In this document: positions 11,927 through 25,330 of the stretch, piece by piece
Layout of the letters: every line of letters starts with the position of its first letter
Position numbering within the stretch: position 1 is the first letter of the stretch
The notes under the pieces: generated by a model
Told to the model about the DNA's origin: nothing
The model's input: only the letters and a program-made list of their open reading frames with translations
Databases searched by the model: none
Translations under genes and position numbers: made by a program
From: Raja brachyura
Lineage: Eukaryota
Assembly (NCBI GenBank): GCA_963514005.1
Contig: OY740785.1
Location: forward strand, 122,326,001-122,390,000
DNA: 64,000 nucleotides
Direction of reading: 5' to 3'

Positions 11927-14776
11927 AGAGAAACATTGAAACATAGAAAATAGTAAGATTAAACGAGAACTTACCTGTTCAAAGTTTGATCTTTATTTTA
12001 TGAGGAGTTACGATGAGGGATTACGTGAAGAAGCCCCGCCAGGCGCATGTTCGGCATACTTCAAAGTAGCGGTATGAAAAACACAGAACCAATAGCCGGA
12101 GTAAGATAGTAAGGCTCACAAAGACTAGAACTATCAGATGATCATTTAGATTATGAGGGTCGGGAGCGGAGGGCACGTAATCCCTCATCGTAACTTCTCA
12201 TAAAATAAAGATCAAACTTCGAACAGGTAAGTTCTCGTTTAATCTTACTATTTTACTTCGGAGTCACGTGCTTCAGTTTACACAGTAGTGAGTAAATAAT
12301 ATATATTGCTTGAAATTATGCAATAAATATTTTAATAATAATAAAAACAAAAGTAATAACCTCTTTTTTAGGTCTAATAATAGCCATATGGCAGCCTTGT
12401 GATAACAACTTTGTTACAGTGTTGAAGTGTACTTTTTAAAATGCCTATACTGAACTATAAATTTAAGTTTGTGAGTCCAAGAATGACTCTGCAACCCCCA
12501 TACTTGTGTCTGGGATATATTATCTCTACCTGACGAGTTCCTGGTACATTCAAACATCAAGCCAATCAGATTTAATGCAGAATTACAAAACAATTATAAT
12601 CTTAAAAACAACCAGAGGTTGTTTCCCAGAAATTCCATGTGTGATGGAATGACGTTTCTGTACTTCCGTAAATGAACCAGAAGATCCCTTCTCTTAATAT
12701 AGGGGTTTGTAATTCAACCTGTTTGTTTTCTCAAAGCAGGGATGAGAAGTTTTATAAGGCAAATATCTTTAATTGTTTCATCAATCATAAATCTGGTTAT
12801 AGCTTGCCCACATAATCCTGCATTTTTTTGGGGATAATGTTAGCCAATTGGCAATTTGCATCATACAATTGGGTACAAATATGCATTGCAGAGTAACGCA
12901 AGCATGTCTTAAAAGTATTGGACATTATCGACCCATGTATGTCTTCCCCAAATGCAGTGATGCCAACTGAATATCAGCTAGAGGACATGCTGGAACACAT
13001 TTCCTGTCCTCACATTGTTACACTCATGGGTGCCCAATTACTGAGTTACTGTTGGCACCCTGAGTGAGGCACAATAGACAGGTGTTTTATATATTTTTGT
13101 ATATTTTTTACTGTTTGTCATAACAGTTTCTTGGAGTAGGTGAGAAATCAAATAATGTTGGCCGCCAGGTTCATCCATAGCTTCACCAGTCCATACCGAT
13201 ATAGCAAAACTTGGTGCTACGTCAGGAAAACCCGGAGCATTTCTATTGTGCTCCTGTGTATACACAGAATTAGGGACACCAGCTTCAGGGTCAGTTTCAT
13301 CCTGCCCTGGTACTCCCGAGACTTCATCCAGACCTATGCAAGGAGAATCAGAATTCCATTTTCATAGACACCATACTCAGCGTATGGAAACTCCTTTGGA
13401 GCTTGCCTTACAGGAAGACATACATGGGTCTTAGAACCCTTGACTAAGTCAAGTGTGGAGCATTTTCTCCATTTCCAGCCTCCCCCACATTCTTGTCCTC
13501 CCTTGGAGGAAAGTTACTACTTTACTGTTTTGTATTTGTGCATAAACCATAGATGTTTAAAATTGTAATTCTGAGAGGCACATTCTGCTTGCAGAATATT
13601 TGTATTAATCTTAGTATCACACAGGGTTATATACATTTCCGTAAAGAAAACTGCATCTGGTAACATATACTCAGAGCAGACTTTATTTTACAAATTGTGG
13701 GTATTTGGAGCCGGCATTTAGCGCAGCCGTTATCTCCAAACCTGATGTAAATAGCGGGAACCGGCTTTTAAAGCAGCCCTTATCTCCTGATCCGATCTAA
13801 ATCCGAAACTGCGATTCCAGCGCGTTCCATTCAATTACCGCAGTTTAAAAATACTTACACTCTAGCTGGCTCCGTATTTCGAGCCAGATTTACAGAGTTT
13901 TTAATTTTTTTCGAAATATATGAACACTCTAGCTGGCTCTGCAGACTTGCAGAGTTTAAAAGCACTTGCAAGAAAGTTCAACACTGACTTACTTACCTGC
14001 GGGTTAAACTTACCGCTGGTGGGGAGCTACGCTCTCCACCCTGTCGGTGCCACATGCGTCGACGTAATGCCGAGCATGCGCCTGGCGGGGCTTCTTCACG
14101 TAGTCACTCGCGTGACTCTGAAGTAAAATAGGTGCAGGACTAGGGCATTTGCCCTTTCGAGTCAGCACCACCATTCAACATGATCGTGGCTGATCATCCA
14201 AAATCAGTACCCCATCCCTGCTTCTTCCCCATATCCTTTGATTCAGTTACCCATAGGGGCTAAATCTAACTCTCTATTGTAAACATCCAATGAATTGGCC
14301 TCCACTGCCTTCTGTGGCAGAGAAGTCCACAGATTCACAATTCTCTGGGTGAAAAAGGTTTTCCTAATCTCAGTAATCAATAGTCTACACCCTATTCATA
14401 AATTGTGACCCCTGATTCTGGACTCCCCAAACAAGGGGAACATTTTTTCTGCATCTAGCCTTCTCAGTACCTTAAGAATTGTATATGTTTCTACAAGATA
14501 CCCACTCATCCTTCTAAACTCCAGAGTGTACAAGCCCAGCTGCTCCATTCTCTCAGCATATGACAGTCCCGCCATCCCAGGAATTAACCTTGTGAACCTA
14601 CGCTGCACTCCCTCAATGACAGGAATGTCCTTCCTCAAATTAGGAGACCAAAACTGCACACAATACTCCAGGTGTGGTCTCACTAGGGCCCTGTACAATT
14701 GCAGTAGGACCTCCTTGTTCCTAATCTCAAATTCTCTCACAAAGAAGGCCAACATGCCATTCGCTTTCTTCACTAT
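11927..14776 (-). mobile_element. CR1 LINE 3' portion split by the second DIRS
   Basis: Tail gaaacatagaaAAT rejoins aggtgcagg at 14130; ORF 14396-14773 LYRALVRPHLEYCVQFWSP. Confidence 0.88.
11949..14129 (-). mobile_element. Non-autonomous DIRS1 derivative (2.2 kb, gag remnant only)
   Basis: Same termini as 1501-8420, ITR 12022-12057 / 14067-14102, ICR 12174-12270, AAT at both ends; 13038-13265 resembles gag of the first copy; no RT or YR recognisable. Confidence 0.9.
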
Positions 14777-15055
14777 TTAATAGTTCTACTTCTATATATT
14801 TATTTTTTATATAGATGGAAAATAATAGAGAGAGAAAACAAAACAAACAAGAAGGTATAATTAAAAAATAATGGAAAAATTATCTAATAATACATCAATG
14901 GAGATATGTTCGTAAATTATAAAATGTAACTTCATCTAATCCTTAATTCGGGTTTTAGTCAGGTTCTCGTGTCGAACCAGTTTGCTCCTTCAAATAAAAA
15001 ATGGAGACCATATTCTGATAAAATGTTCTTGTTTGTCCATTAAGACAAATGTTAT
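14777..15055 (-). mobile_element. L1 3' end fragment
   Basis: Resembles the 3' end of the L1 at 59580-60050 (ggagaccat, tcagg..ctcg, tggagatat). Confidence 0.55.
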
Positions 15056-16381
15056 TAGAAACATAGAAACATAGACAATAGGTGCAGGAGGAGGCCATTA
15101 GGCCCTTCGAGCCAGCACCGCCATTCAATATGATCATGGCTGATCGTCCGCTATCAATAACCCGTGCCTGCCTTCTCCCCATATCCCTTGACTCCACTAG
15201 CCCCAAGAGCTCCATCCAACTCTCTCTTAAATCCATCCAGTGATTTGGCCTCCACTGCCCTCTGTGGCAGGGAATTCCATAAATTCACAACTCTCTGGGT
15301 AAAGTTTTTTTTTTCTCAGCTCAGACTTAAATGACCTCCCCTTTATTCTAAGACTGTGGCGCCTGGTTCTGGACTCGCCCAACATTGGGAACATTTTTCC
15401 TGCATCTAGCTTGACCAGTCCTTTTATAATTTTAGATGTTTCTATAAGATATCCCCCCCATCCTTCTAAACTCCAGCGACTACAAGCCTAGTCTTTTCAA
15501 TCTTTCCTCATATGACAGTCCCACAATCCCAGGGATCAATCTCGTGAACCTACACTGCACTGCCTAAATCACAAGCATGTCCTTCCTCAAATTAGGAGAC
15601 TAAAACTGTACACAATACTCCAGATGTGGTCTCACCAGAGCCCTATACAACTGCAGATGAACCTCTTTACTCCTGTACTGAAATCCTCTTGTTATGAAGG
15701 CCAACATTCCATTAGCTTTCTTCACTGCCTGCTGTACCTGCACGCCAACTTTCAGTGACTGGTGCAACCAATTTTCTATCCATGTCAACACCCTACCCCC
15801 AATACCATGTGCTCTAATTTTAGTTACCGATTTCCCGTGTGGGACCTTATCAAAGGCTTTCTGAAAGTCTAGATACATTACATCCACTGGCATCCCTTCA
15901 TCCATTTTACTTGTCACATCCTCAAAAAATTCCAGAAGATTAGTAAGCATGATTTCCCTTTCATAAATCCATGTTGACTTTGACTAATCATTTTACTGCT
16001 ATCCAAATGGTCCATTATTACCTCTTTAATAATTGACTCCAGCATCTTTCCCACCACCGAAGTCAGGCTAACTGGTCTGTAATTCCTCGTTTTCTCTCTC
16101 GCTCCTTTCTTGAAAAGTGGGATAACATTAGCTATCCTCCAATCCACGGGAACTGATCCTGAATCTATTGAACATTGGAAAATGATCACCAATGCGTCCA
16201 CTATTTCTAGAGCCACCTCCCTGAGAACCCTGGGATGCAGACCATCAGGCCCAGGGGATTTATCATCCTTCAGTCCCATTAGCCTACCCAATACTATTTC
16301 TCGCCTAATGAAAATTTCTTTCAGTTCCTCTAACCCCTTAGATCCTCTGTCCTCCAGTACATCTGGGAGATTGTTTGTGTC

Positions 16382-16547
16382 AGCAGAGTGAACAGTCCGT
16401 GATGGAGATGTGTGGGGTCTTTTATTATACTGCTGGCCTTAGACACGTAACGTTTGGTCGCAATATCCCCGATTGAGGGGAGAGAAGTCCCGATGATTTT
16501 TTCCGCTGTCCTCACCACTCTCTGCACGGACTTCCAGTCGGAGGTCC
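16382..16547 (-). mobile_element. Rex1/Babar RT C-terminal fragment
   Basis: QRVVRTAEKIIGTSLPSI...IIKDPTHLHHGLFTLL, like the end of ORF 22371-23987. Confidence 0.7.
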
Positions 16548-17272
16548 TATGAAAGTTTTACAATCCTCCGGCTTCCGGGTACTCTTTGCTGTGTTATACA
16601 TCTTTTCTTTTAGTTTTATTCTATCCCTAACATCTCTTGTCAGCCACGGTTGCCCCCTACTCCCCTTAGAATCTTTCTTCCTTTTTGGAGTGAAATGATC
16701 CTACGTCTTCCGGATTATGCCCAGAAATTCCTGCCATTGCTGTTCCACCGTCATTCCTGCTAGTATCCCCTTCCAGTCTACTTTGGCCAGCTCCCCTCTC
16801 ATTCCTTCATAGTCCCCTTTGTTCAACTGCATCACTGACACTTCCGATTTAACCTTCTCCATCTCAAATTGCAGATTAAAACTACTCATATTATGATCAC
16901 TACCTCCAAGCGGTTCCTTTACCTCGAGTTCTCTTATCATATCTGGTTCATTGGACAACACTAAATCCAGAATTGCCTTTTCTCTGGTCGGCTCCATTAC
17001 AAGCTGCTCTAAGAATCCATCTCAGAGGCATTCTACAAACTCTCTTTCTTGGGGTCCTGAACCAACCTGATTTTCCCAGTCTCGCTGCATATTGAAATCC
17101 CCCATCACCACAGTGGCATTACCTTTGTTACATGCCAGTTTTAACTCCTGCTGCAACTTACACCTTACATCCGGGCTACTATTTAGGGGTCTGTAAATAA
17201 CACCAATTAGTGTCTTCTTGCCTTTACAATTCCTCAACTCAATCCACAGTGACTCTACCTCATCAGTCCGTA

Positions 17273-18057
17273 TGTTTAAATGTTTAAATTTATTCTGGAT
17301 AACCCCTTGAGATGGACAATCATCTCGTTTTCGAGGGGGTCCAACATAAAACATACAGCACAAGACATAACATACATAGAGGCTCTCATTGACCCACCTA
17401 CCCACACACCAATCACAAAACCCCTCCATCCCCATATTATTTCATTGTATTGTGACATGATACAATATAAGACCTTGTTACACTATGCAATACAATAATA
17501 CATAAGTGTACTGGCCATGCATATACAATAGTTATGACAAATGATCACACACAGAGCAAGCTAGATAAAGGAGCTCAAAGACTCTAATACTAGAAACCGG
17601 TACATGGTTTTATATGTAAGGGTAAAAGTGTATTTTTAAATAGACAAAATGAGCTAATAGCTCGTATGGTACTGGGCAGAGTGTTCCAGTCAGTTTGAAT
17701 TTAAATGCACGTCTCCCAATTTCTTTTTTAGTTCTTGGAATGAGAAAGAAGGGTTGCTGAATATGTCTTAGTGAATATGAGGGTGTGTATGGTAATAGGT
17801 CTTGTTTTAGATAAGAAGGGTAATTGAGATGGATGCATTTAAAGATGAACTGGAACCAGTGGTAGCATCTTCGAGCGTGGGGGGGTAACCAGTTTAGAGT
17901 TTCATACATAGAACAGTGGTGAGTTAGATATGGACACCTTAAAATAAATCTGCAGAGACTATTATAAACTACATTGAGGGGTTGAAGATGTGTATCAAAT
18001 GTATTCTGATAGACAATATCAGCATAATCCAGTGTTGGTAGTAGTATGTCTTCCCTC
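17273..18057 (-). mobile_element. L2-like LINE 3' fragment inserted in CR1
   Basis: ILLPTLDYADIVYQ...RFIL...HHCSMYETLNW...GRRAF; CR1 resumes on both sides. Confidence 0.7.
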
Positions 18058-18493
18058 GCAAGGGACTGAATTCCAACCCTCACCAGCAGAGCTACCCTCC
18101 TCTGCCCACCTGCCTGTCCTTTCTATAGGATGTATACCCTTGAATATTCAGTTCCCAGGCCCGATCCTCCTGCAGCCACGTCTTAGTAATCCCCACAATG
18201 TCATATCTACCAACCTCTAACAGAGCCTCAAGCTCATCTACTTTACTTCTTATACTTCGCGCATTCATATACAATACTTTTAATTTCTTACGCATCTCAC
18301 CTTTTACATCGATCCCTATTACACTTGGCCATACTCTCCTCTCCCTTTGTGAGCTTATGCATACATTACAAATGTATGCGTTGGGTTAACCTCTAAGTGC
18401 TGACATTATTCACAGATAGGAGATATACTTGGGAAGATTCTATTTAATTTTGTTTATGAATAATGTAATCAATGTAATACTTTAAATTGTATT

Positions 18494-19150
18494 AGAAACA
18501 TAGAAACATAGAAAATAGGTGCAGGAGTAGGCCATTCGGCCCTTCGAGCCTGCACCGCCATTCAATGTGATCATGGCTGATCATCCAACTCAGTATCCCG
18601 TACCTGCCTTCTCTCCATACCCCCTGATCCCTTTAGCCACAAGTGCCACATCTAACGCCCTCTTAAATATAGCCAATGAACTGGCCTCAACTACCTTCTG
18701 TGGCAGAGAATTCCAGAGACTCACCACTCTCTGTGTAAAGAATGTTTTCCTCATTTCGGTCCTAAAGGAATTCCCCCTTATCCTTAGACTGTGACCCCTT
18801 GTTCAGGACTCCCCCAACATCGGGAACAATCTTCCAGCATCTAGCTTGTCCAACCCCTTAAGAATTTTGTAGGTTTCTATAAGATCCCCCCTCAATCTTC
18901 TAAATTCCATCGAGTACAAACCGAGTCTATCCAATCTATCCTCATATGAAAGTCCTGACATCCCAGGAATCAGTCTGGTGAATCTTCTCTGTACCCCCTC
19001 TATGGCAAGGATGTCTTTCCTCAGATTTGGAGACCAAAACTGTACGCAGTACTCCAGGTGTGGCCTCACCAAAACCCTGTACAACTGCAGTAGAACCTCC
19101 CTGCTCCTATACTCAAATCCTTTCGCTATGAATGCTAACATACCATTTGC
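18494..19150 (-). mobile_element. Young CR1 3' fragment
   Basis: Nearly identical by eye to 49802-50460. Confidence 0.92.
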
Positions 19151-21885
19151 CATTAAGGAATTCAGCATAATTCAGCATAATTCAGCATACCATTAAGGAA
19201 TGTCTAGCATTTAACGAACAGTGATGTATATGTTGTACGCTTTCATCCCAAATATCTTGCATTATTGGTTTGCCTAGTTCATTTTCCCATGTTTGCCTAT
19301 ATATTTCCGTCGTAGGTGCCTCACTGTCTATTAGGATATTATAGATATAAAATATTAATTTTTCTGTATTAGGGTGTTTATTCAAACATTCATCAAGAAT
19401 TTCTGGATCTCTATTTCTATAGTCCTGTTTATTTGATTTAGAATAATCTCTAAGTTGTAGATATCTGAAATAGTCATTTGAGTGAAGTCCATACATTTGT
19501 TGTAACTCCTGAAACGAAAGGAATGTGCCTTTCCTATAGAGATGACCCATCTTTTTAATACTGTGATTTTTCCATTGTAGAAAACCTCTATCCAACATTG
19601 AAGGTTTAAATGCAGGGTTGTTTACAATGGGAAGAAGTAGTGATAGATTATCCAATTATAAAGTCTTTTTTAATTGTTTCCAAATTCGTATACCACTGTA
19701 TATTATAGGATTTTCACTATAGGTTTTTTTGCATAATTTAGTGGTAGCAAACAAAATCGAACCAATTTCAAAGGGTAAACAGTCTCCTTTTCCATTTTTA
19801 ACCAATCTGGTTGTTGGTCCAATTCTTCCAACCAGAAGTTCACATTTTTAATGTTAACTGCCCAGAAAGAGAGCATGAAATTCAGTAAAGTTAAACCTCC
19901 ATTTATTTTTGATTTACATAAATGCTTTTATTTATTCTGTGATTCTTATAATCCCAGCTAAAATTAGTGACTATAGAGTCTACCTTTTTATTAAAAAAAA
20001 AAGTTTTGGAAGATATATCTGATTGATTGAAAAATGTACAATATTTGCAGAAGAAAAATCATTTTTATTGCATTAATTCTACCAAACATTGACATGGGTA
20101 GTGTTCTCTAATATTGAATATTCTTATGCAATTTGTTCAATAAAGGCGGGAAGTTTAGTTTAAATAAAGAAGTATATGTCTTTGTTACATAAATTCCAAG
20201 ATATTTAAATTTTTCATTAACTATTTTGAAGGGAGATTGTTGTAATATATGTGGATTGATTTCACTTTTATTCCAATTAATTCAGTATCCCGAGAACGAG
20301 CCAAATTGAGTTATTAAATTTAATAGGTTTGTGATACTAAATTCAGGTTTTGTAATGTAGATTACTACATCGTCTGCATATAAAGACATTTTATTCTCAG
20401 TGTCTTTAGTATTATACCCGTATATTTTAGGATGGGACCTAACACTTTCTGCTAGTGAATCTATTGCGAGTGCAAATAGTAATGGGGCTAACTGGCATCC
20501 TTGTCTACAGCCTCTAGATACATTATATTTAGCTGATAACATTTGGTTTGTTGATATTCTAGCTGTTCTTCCATGAACGAGAATAAATAGAGCCATCCCA
20601 CCTGATCAAATGCTTTCTCAGCATCTAACAAAATAATTGCTAAATCTTCGTTAATAATTCTCTTTGAGTATAAAATATTGAATAACCGTCTGAGGTTATA
20701 GGAAGAGTAGTGTTTTGGGATAAATCCTGTTTGGTCAGGGTGTATTAATTTATTAATCACTGTGCTTAATCTTTGTGCTAGGATTTTAGTTAACATTTTT
20801 TGATCAGTGTTTAAGAGAACTATAGCTCTATATGAACCTGGATCTTCCAGCTCCTTATCTGTTTTTGGTATGAGTGTTATTATAGATTAGGTTAGCGTTT
20901 CTGGTAATTTATGTTGGATATAAATGTGTTCATACAGTGTCTTTAAACGTGGAGAGATCAAATCATAATTTTTTTAAATACAATTCAGAGCTGATACCGT
21001 CAGGGCCCGGGCCCTTGCCGTTTTTTACAGATCTGATAGACTCTTCAATTTATTTAACTGTTATTTCAGCGTCTAGTAATTCTCTATCTTTCAAATCTAA
21101 CCCTTTAAGGTTACATTTTTGTAAGAATGCTTCTATTCCTGTCGAGTGATCTATCGTTTTAGATGAGTAGAGGTTTTGATAATATTGCAGAAATCTCTCA
21201 TTAATATCCTTAGGCTGTACTAGTGGTTCTCCCATTTCTGATCTAATTTTGTGAATTGATTTTTTCCCCGTCCAGTTTTCGAAGTTGGCGAGCCAATAGT
21301 TTTTGTGGTTTGTCGCCAAATTCAAAATGTAATTGTTTAGTATACTGATAAAGTTTTATAACTTGTCTGAATATATTTAATTTATATTTTAAGGCTGCTA
21401 TTTTATTGTGTTGTATCATAGTTGGTGCAGCCACATTTTCTATGTCTAGTTGTCTTATTTCCCTTTCCAGTGCCTGTTGTTTAACCCGATTCTCTTTATT
21501 GTGAAATGCTTGGGAGGAGATCATTGCTCCTCAGGCAAATGCTTTAAATGTTTCCCAGAGTAGGGAGGCAGACGTTCCAGGGTGATCATTGGTCTCAAAG
21601 AACATATTAATCTGTTTAGTAAGATATTCCTGACATACTTTTTCCTTTAAGATTTGTGGGTTAAGTCTCCATTGTGACTGTTTTTCCGTCCTTCCATTTA
21701 GTTTAATCATAAATGTTAAGGGTGCATGGTCCGAGATTATAATGTTATGAAATTTCGATTTGTAAGTAAATGGGATAAGCTTGGAATCTACTAGAAAATA
21801 ATCTATTCTTGAATATGTCTTATGTACCGATGAGTAAAATGAATATTCTCGTCCAGTTGGGTTTTCAATTCTCCAGATATCCTTA

Positions 21886-24800
21886 TCAGAATCAGAATCA
21901 GAATGCCTTTTATTGTCACTATACACGTGTACAGTGAGATTAAAAACTGCTCCTACTCAGTGCAAAAACAAGACAAAAAGGAGGGGGGGGGATAAGGTGC
22001 ACAGTTTCTGCAGCACTATATACATGTCTATAACTGGAATTCTCTGCCACAGAAGGTAGTTGAGGCCAGTTCATTGGCTATATTTAAGAGGGCGTTAGAT
22101 GTGGCACTTGTGGCTAAAGGGATCAGGGGGTATGGAGAGAAGGCAGGTACGGGATACTGAGTTGGATGATCAGCCATGATCACATTGAATGGCGGTGCAG
22201 GCTCGAAGGGCCGAATGGCCTACTCCTGCACCTATTTTCTATGTTTCTATGTTTCTATGTATAAAAAGACAATGGATAATAGAATGGATAATAGGATTCC
22301 TATATCCAGTATGGGTTACAGTTACAGTACAAATTACAGTAGGTGGATAGATGAAAGTCCGGGGGTGAAGTCAATGCATGTGTGAGTTCAGGGAGATGAT
22401 GGATTTTGGGAAGAAACTGTTCTTGAGTCTATTTGTCCTTGTGCTGATGCACCTATAGCGCCTCCCTGAGGGTAGCAGGTTGAACAGGCCAAATGCAGGA
22501 TGGGAGCTGTCCTTGATAATGTTCTTCGCCCTGCTGAGGCAGCGGGAGGTGTAAATGTCCATCAGAGAGGGGAGAGGGCAGCCGATGATCTTCTGTGCTG
22601 CCCTGACTACCCTCTGAAGCCTCTCCCTGTCTGCCATGGTGCAGCTGCCGTACCATGCTGTAATGCAGTATGTCAACAGGCTCTCAATGGACGAGCGGTA
22701 GAAGGTCAGCAGCAGGTTGGAGTCTAGGTTGTGCTTCCTGAGGACCCTCAGGAAGTGCAGCCGCTGCTGAGCCTTCTTGATGACCGCTGTGATGTTGTCT
22801 GTCCAGGAGATGTCAGCGGAGATGAGGACACCGAGAAACCGGAAGGTGTGGACCCTCTCCACGCACTCGCCGTTGATGTATAAGTCGGTGCTGTGCTTCC
22901 TGAAGTCGACAATGAGCTCTTTGGTTTTTTTGGTGTTCAGAGCCAGGTTGTTTTCTGAGCACCAGGCTGTCAACTTCAGGACTTCCTCTCTGTAGGCTGC
23001 CTCATCTCCCCTTGAGATGAGTCCGACTACTGTAGTGTCGTCAGCAAACTTGACGATTCGGTTGTTGTTGTGGGCCGGACTACAGTCGTGGGTGTAGAGA
23101 CAGTATAGGAGGGGGCTTAGCACACAGCCCTGCGGGGAGCCGGTACTCAACATGCGAGTGGAGGAGAGGTGGGGGCCGAGTCTCACAGTCTGGGGCCGGT
23201 TGGTGAGGAAGTCCTTTATCCAGGCACATGTGAGAGTAGGGAGGCCGAGAGTGACCAGTTTGTCAATGAGAATGTCCGGAATGATAGTGTTGAAAGCTGA
23301 GCTGTAATCCACAAAGAGCATCCGAACGTAGCTCTGCCCCTGCTCCAGGTGGCTCAGCACAGAGTGGAGAGCTACGGTGATGGCGTCTTCTGTGGACCTG
23401 TTTGGGCGATAGGCGAACTGGTGGTGGTCGAAGTCTGGAGGGAGATAGTCCTTGATGTGCTGGAGGACCAATCTCTCGAAGCACTTCATGATTACCGGAG
23501 TGAGGGCCACGGGACGGTAATCGTTTAGGCTGGTGATGGGAGACTTCTTTGGCACTGGGACGATTGTGGCTGATTTTAGGCAGGATGGGATAACTGCCTG
23601 GTCCAGGGAGAGATTGAAGATTCTGGTGAAGATGACGGTGAGCTGGTGGGCACACGCTTTGAGCACCTTACCAGGTACTCCATCTGGACCGGCAGCCTTC
23701 TTGGGGTTCACTGCCAGGAGCACCTGTCTGACATCGTGCTCCCTTACAGTGAGTGGAGTAGTGCAGGAGCCAGGTAAGGGTGGGAGCAGGGCTGTAGCAC
23801 ATGAGTGCTGCTGTTGTGATGTTTCAAAGCGGGAAAAGAAGCAATTTAGCTTCTCTGCCAGCGGCGCACTCAGGTCTTCTGTCGTTGTGGCACAGCCTCT
23901 GTAGTTTGTGATGTCTCGTATGCCCCGCCATACCTCCCGTGTGTTATTGCTGGACAGGTGGGCCTCTATGCTCCTCTTATAGTCCACCTTGGCTTTTTTA
24001 ATTCCCCTTTTCAGATCGGCTCGAGCAGCCCTGTACAGAGCTCTGTCACCTGACCTGAAGACATCATCGCGGGTTCTGAGGAGTGTGCGGACCTAGCTGG
24101 ACATCCAGGGTTTCTGGTTTGGGAAAACCCGAATGTTTTTGTCCAGTCACGTTTCCGATGCAGAACTTGATATAGTCCAGTACCGTTCCTGTGAATGTTT
24201 CCAGATCCTGGTGTTCGAATATGTCCCAGTTGGTCTGTGTGAAGCAGTCCTGGAGTTTGGAGAGTGCATTTTCAGGCCAGGTTGTAACAGTCTTTATGGT
24301 GGGCCTAGCACTGCGTCTGAGGGGGGTGTAGGCTGGGGAGAGCAGGAGGGAGAGATGATCTGACTAGCCGAGTTGGGGGAGGGGAATGGCTCTGTACGCG
24401 TGCTTGATATTGGAATAGACATGATCCAGCGTGTTCTCCCCTCTAGTAGGACACTTGACATGTTGATAAAATTTCGGCAATGCAGTCTTCAAGTTGGCCT
24501 TATTAAAGTCCCCTGCAATTATGTGAACACCTTCGGAGTGGGCCCGCTGCTGTTCGTTGATGGTGTTCAGCAGGAGAGAGAGCGCCGTGTTTACATTGGC
24601 GTTGGGTGGAATATACACAGCCGTGACAATCACTACTGTTAGTTCTCTCGGTAGAAAAAAAGGCCGGCATCTTACAGACATGTACTCGAGGTCAGGGGAA
24701 CAATGTTTGTCTATGATTGTCCCGTTGTTGCACCAGTTCTCATGCACGTAGATACAGAGGCCCCCTCCCCTGCTCTTACCGGAGTCCATAGTCCTGTCCC

Positions 24801-25330
24801 CGCGGAGCAGAAAGCGTCCTGCTAGCTGCATGCTAGCATCAGGTATTCCCTGGTGAAGCCAGGTTTCAGTGATAATCAAAACACAGCAGTCACGAACATA
24901 TCGATTTCCAGCAAGTTGTAATTCCAGGTCATCCATTTTATGAACCAGGGATCGGGCATTGGAGAGATACAGACTCGGTAGAGGTGGCTTATGTGGTTGT
25001 TTTCTTAGCCTCAGCAAAACACCGGACCTGCGGCCTTGCTTCTGCTTCCTCTCCCTCCTCCGTCTGCGCCGCCTCCTGGACCCGACAACAATCCACGGTG
25101 AGCCCGGTGGTCTCACTGTCATCTGGGATGTTATGCCTTTGATGAAGGACACTCGAAACAGATGTCTGATGCTGGTAACCGACGTCCATGAGGTTCTGGC
25201 GGGTGTAGTGGATGTTTGCAGAACCGATAGTGAAGACGTACATGGACATTGAAACATACATGAACAACAAAAAAGAGCACCGAGACGGTGAGCCGTGAGC
25301 CGCTGCGACCATGCGCGCCGCCATCTTGGA
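21886..25330 (-). mobile_element. Near full-length Rex1/Babar non-LTR retrotransposon
   Basis: 5' end caagatggcg; APE ORF 24364-25257 (SNARSL, ITETWL, AGDFN, LDHVY); RT ORF 22371-23987 (DYRPVALT, PQGCVLSP, FADDTT); (ttctga)n tail at 21886-21904; ORF broken between 23987 and 24364. Confidence 0.93.
22035..22260 (+). mobile_element. Young CR1 3' end inserted in the Rex1 3' UTR
   Basis: Reverse complement of ~49802-50025; ends (tttctatg)n. Confidence 0.9.

Larger units (their letters stand above)
15056..18357 (-). mobile_element. CR1 LINE with internal deletions; pieces 15056-16382, ~16548-17272, ~18058-18357
   Basis: (catagaaa)n tail, RT motifs (YLDFQKAFDKVPH, SPGPDGLHPRVL) and endonuclease motifs (GDFN, SDHNM, MNARSIRSK). 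Confidence 0.88.
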
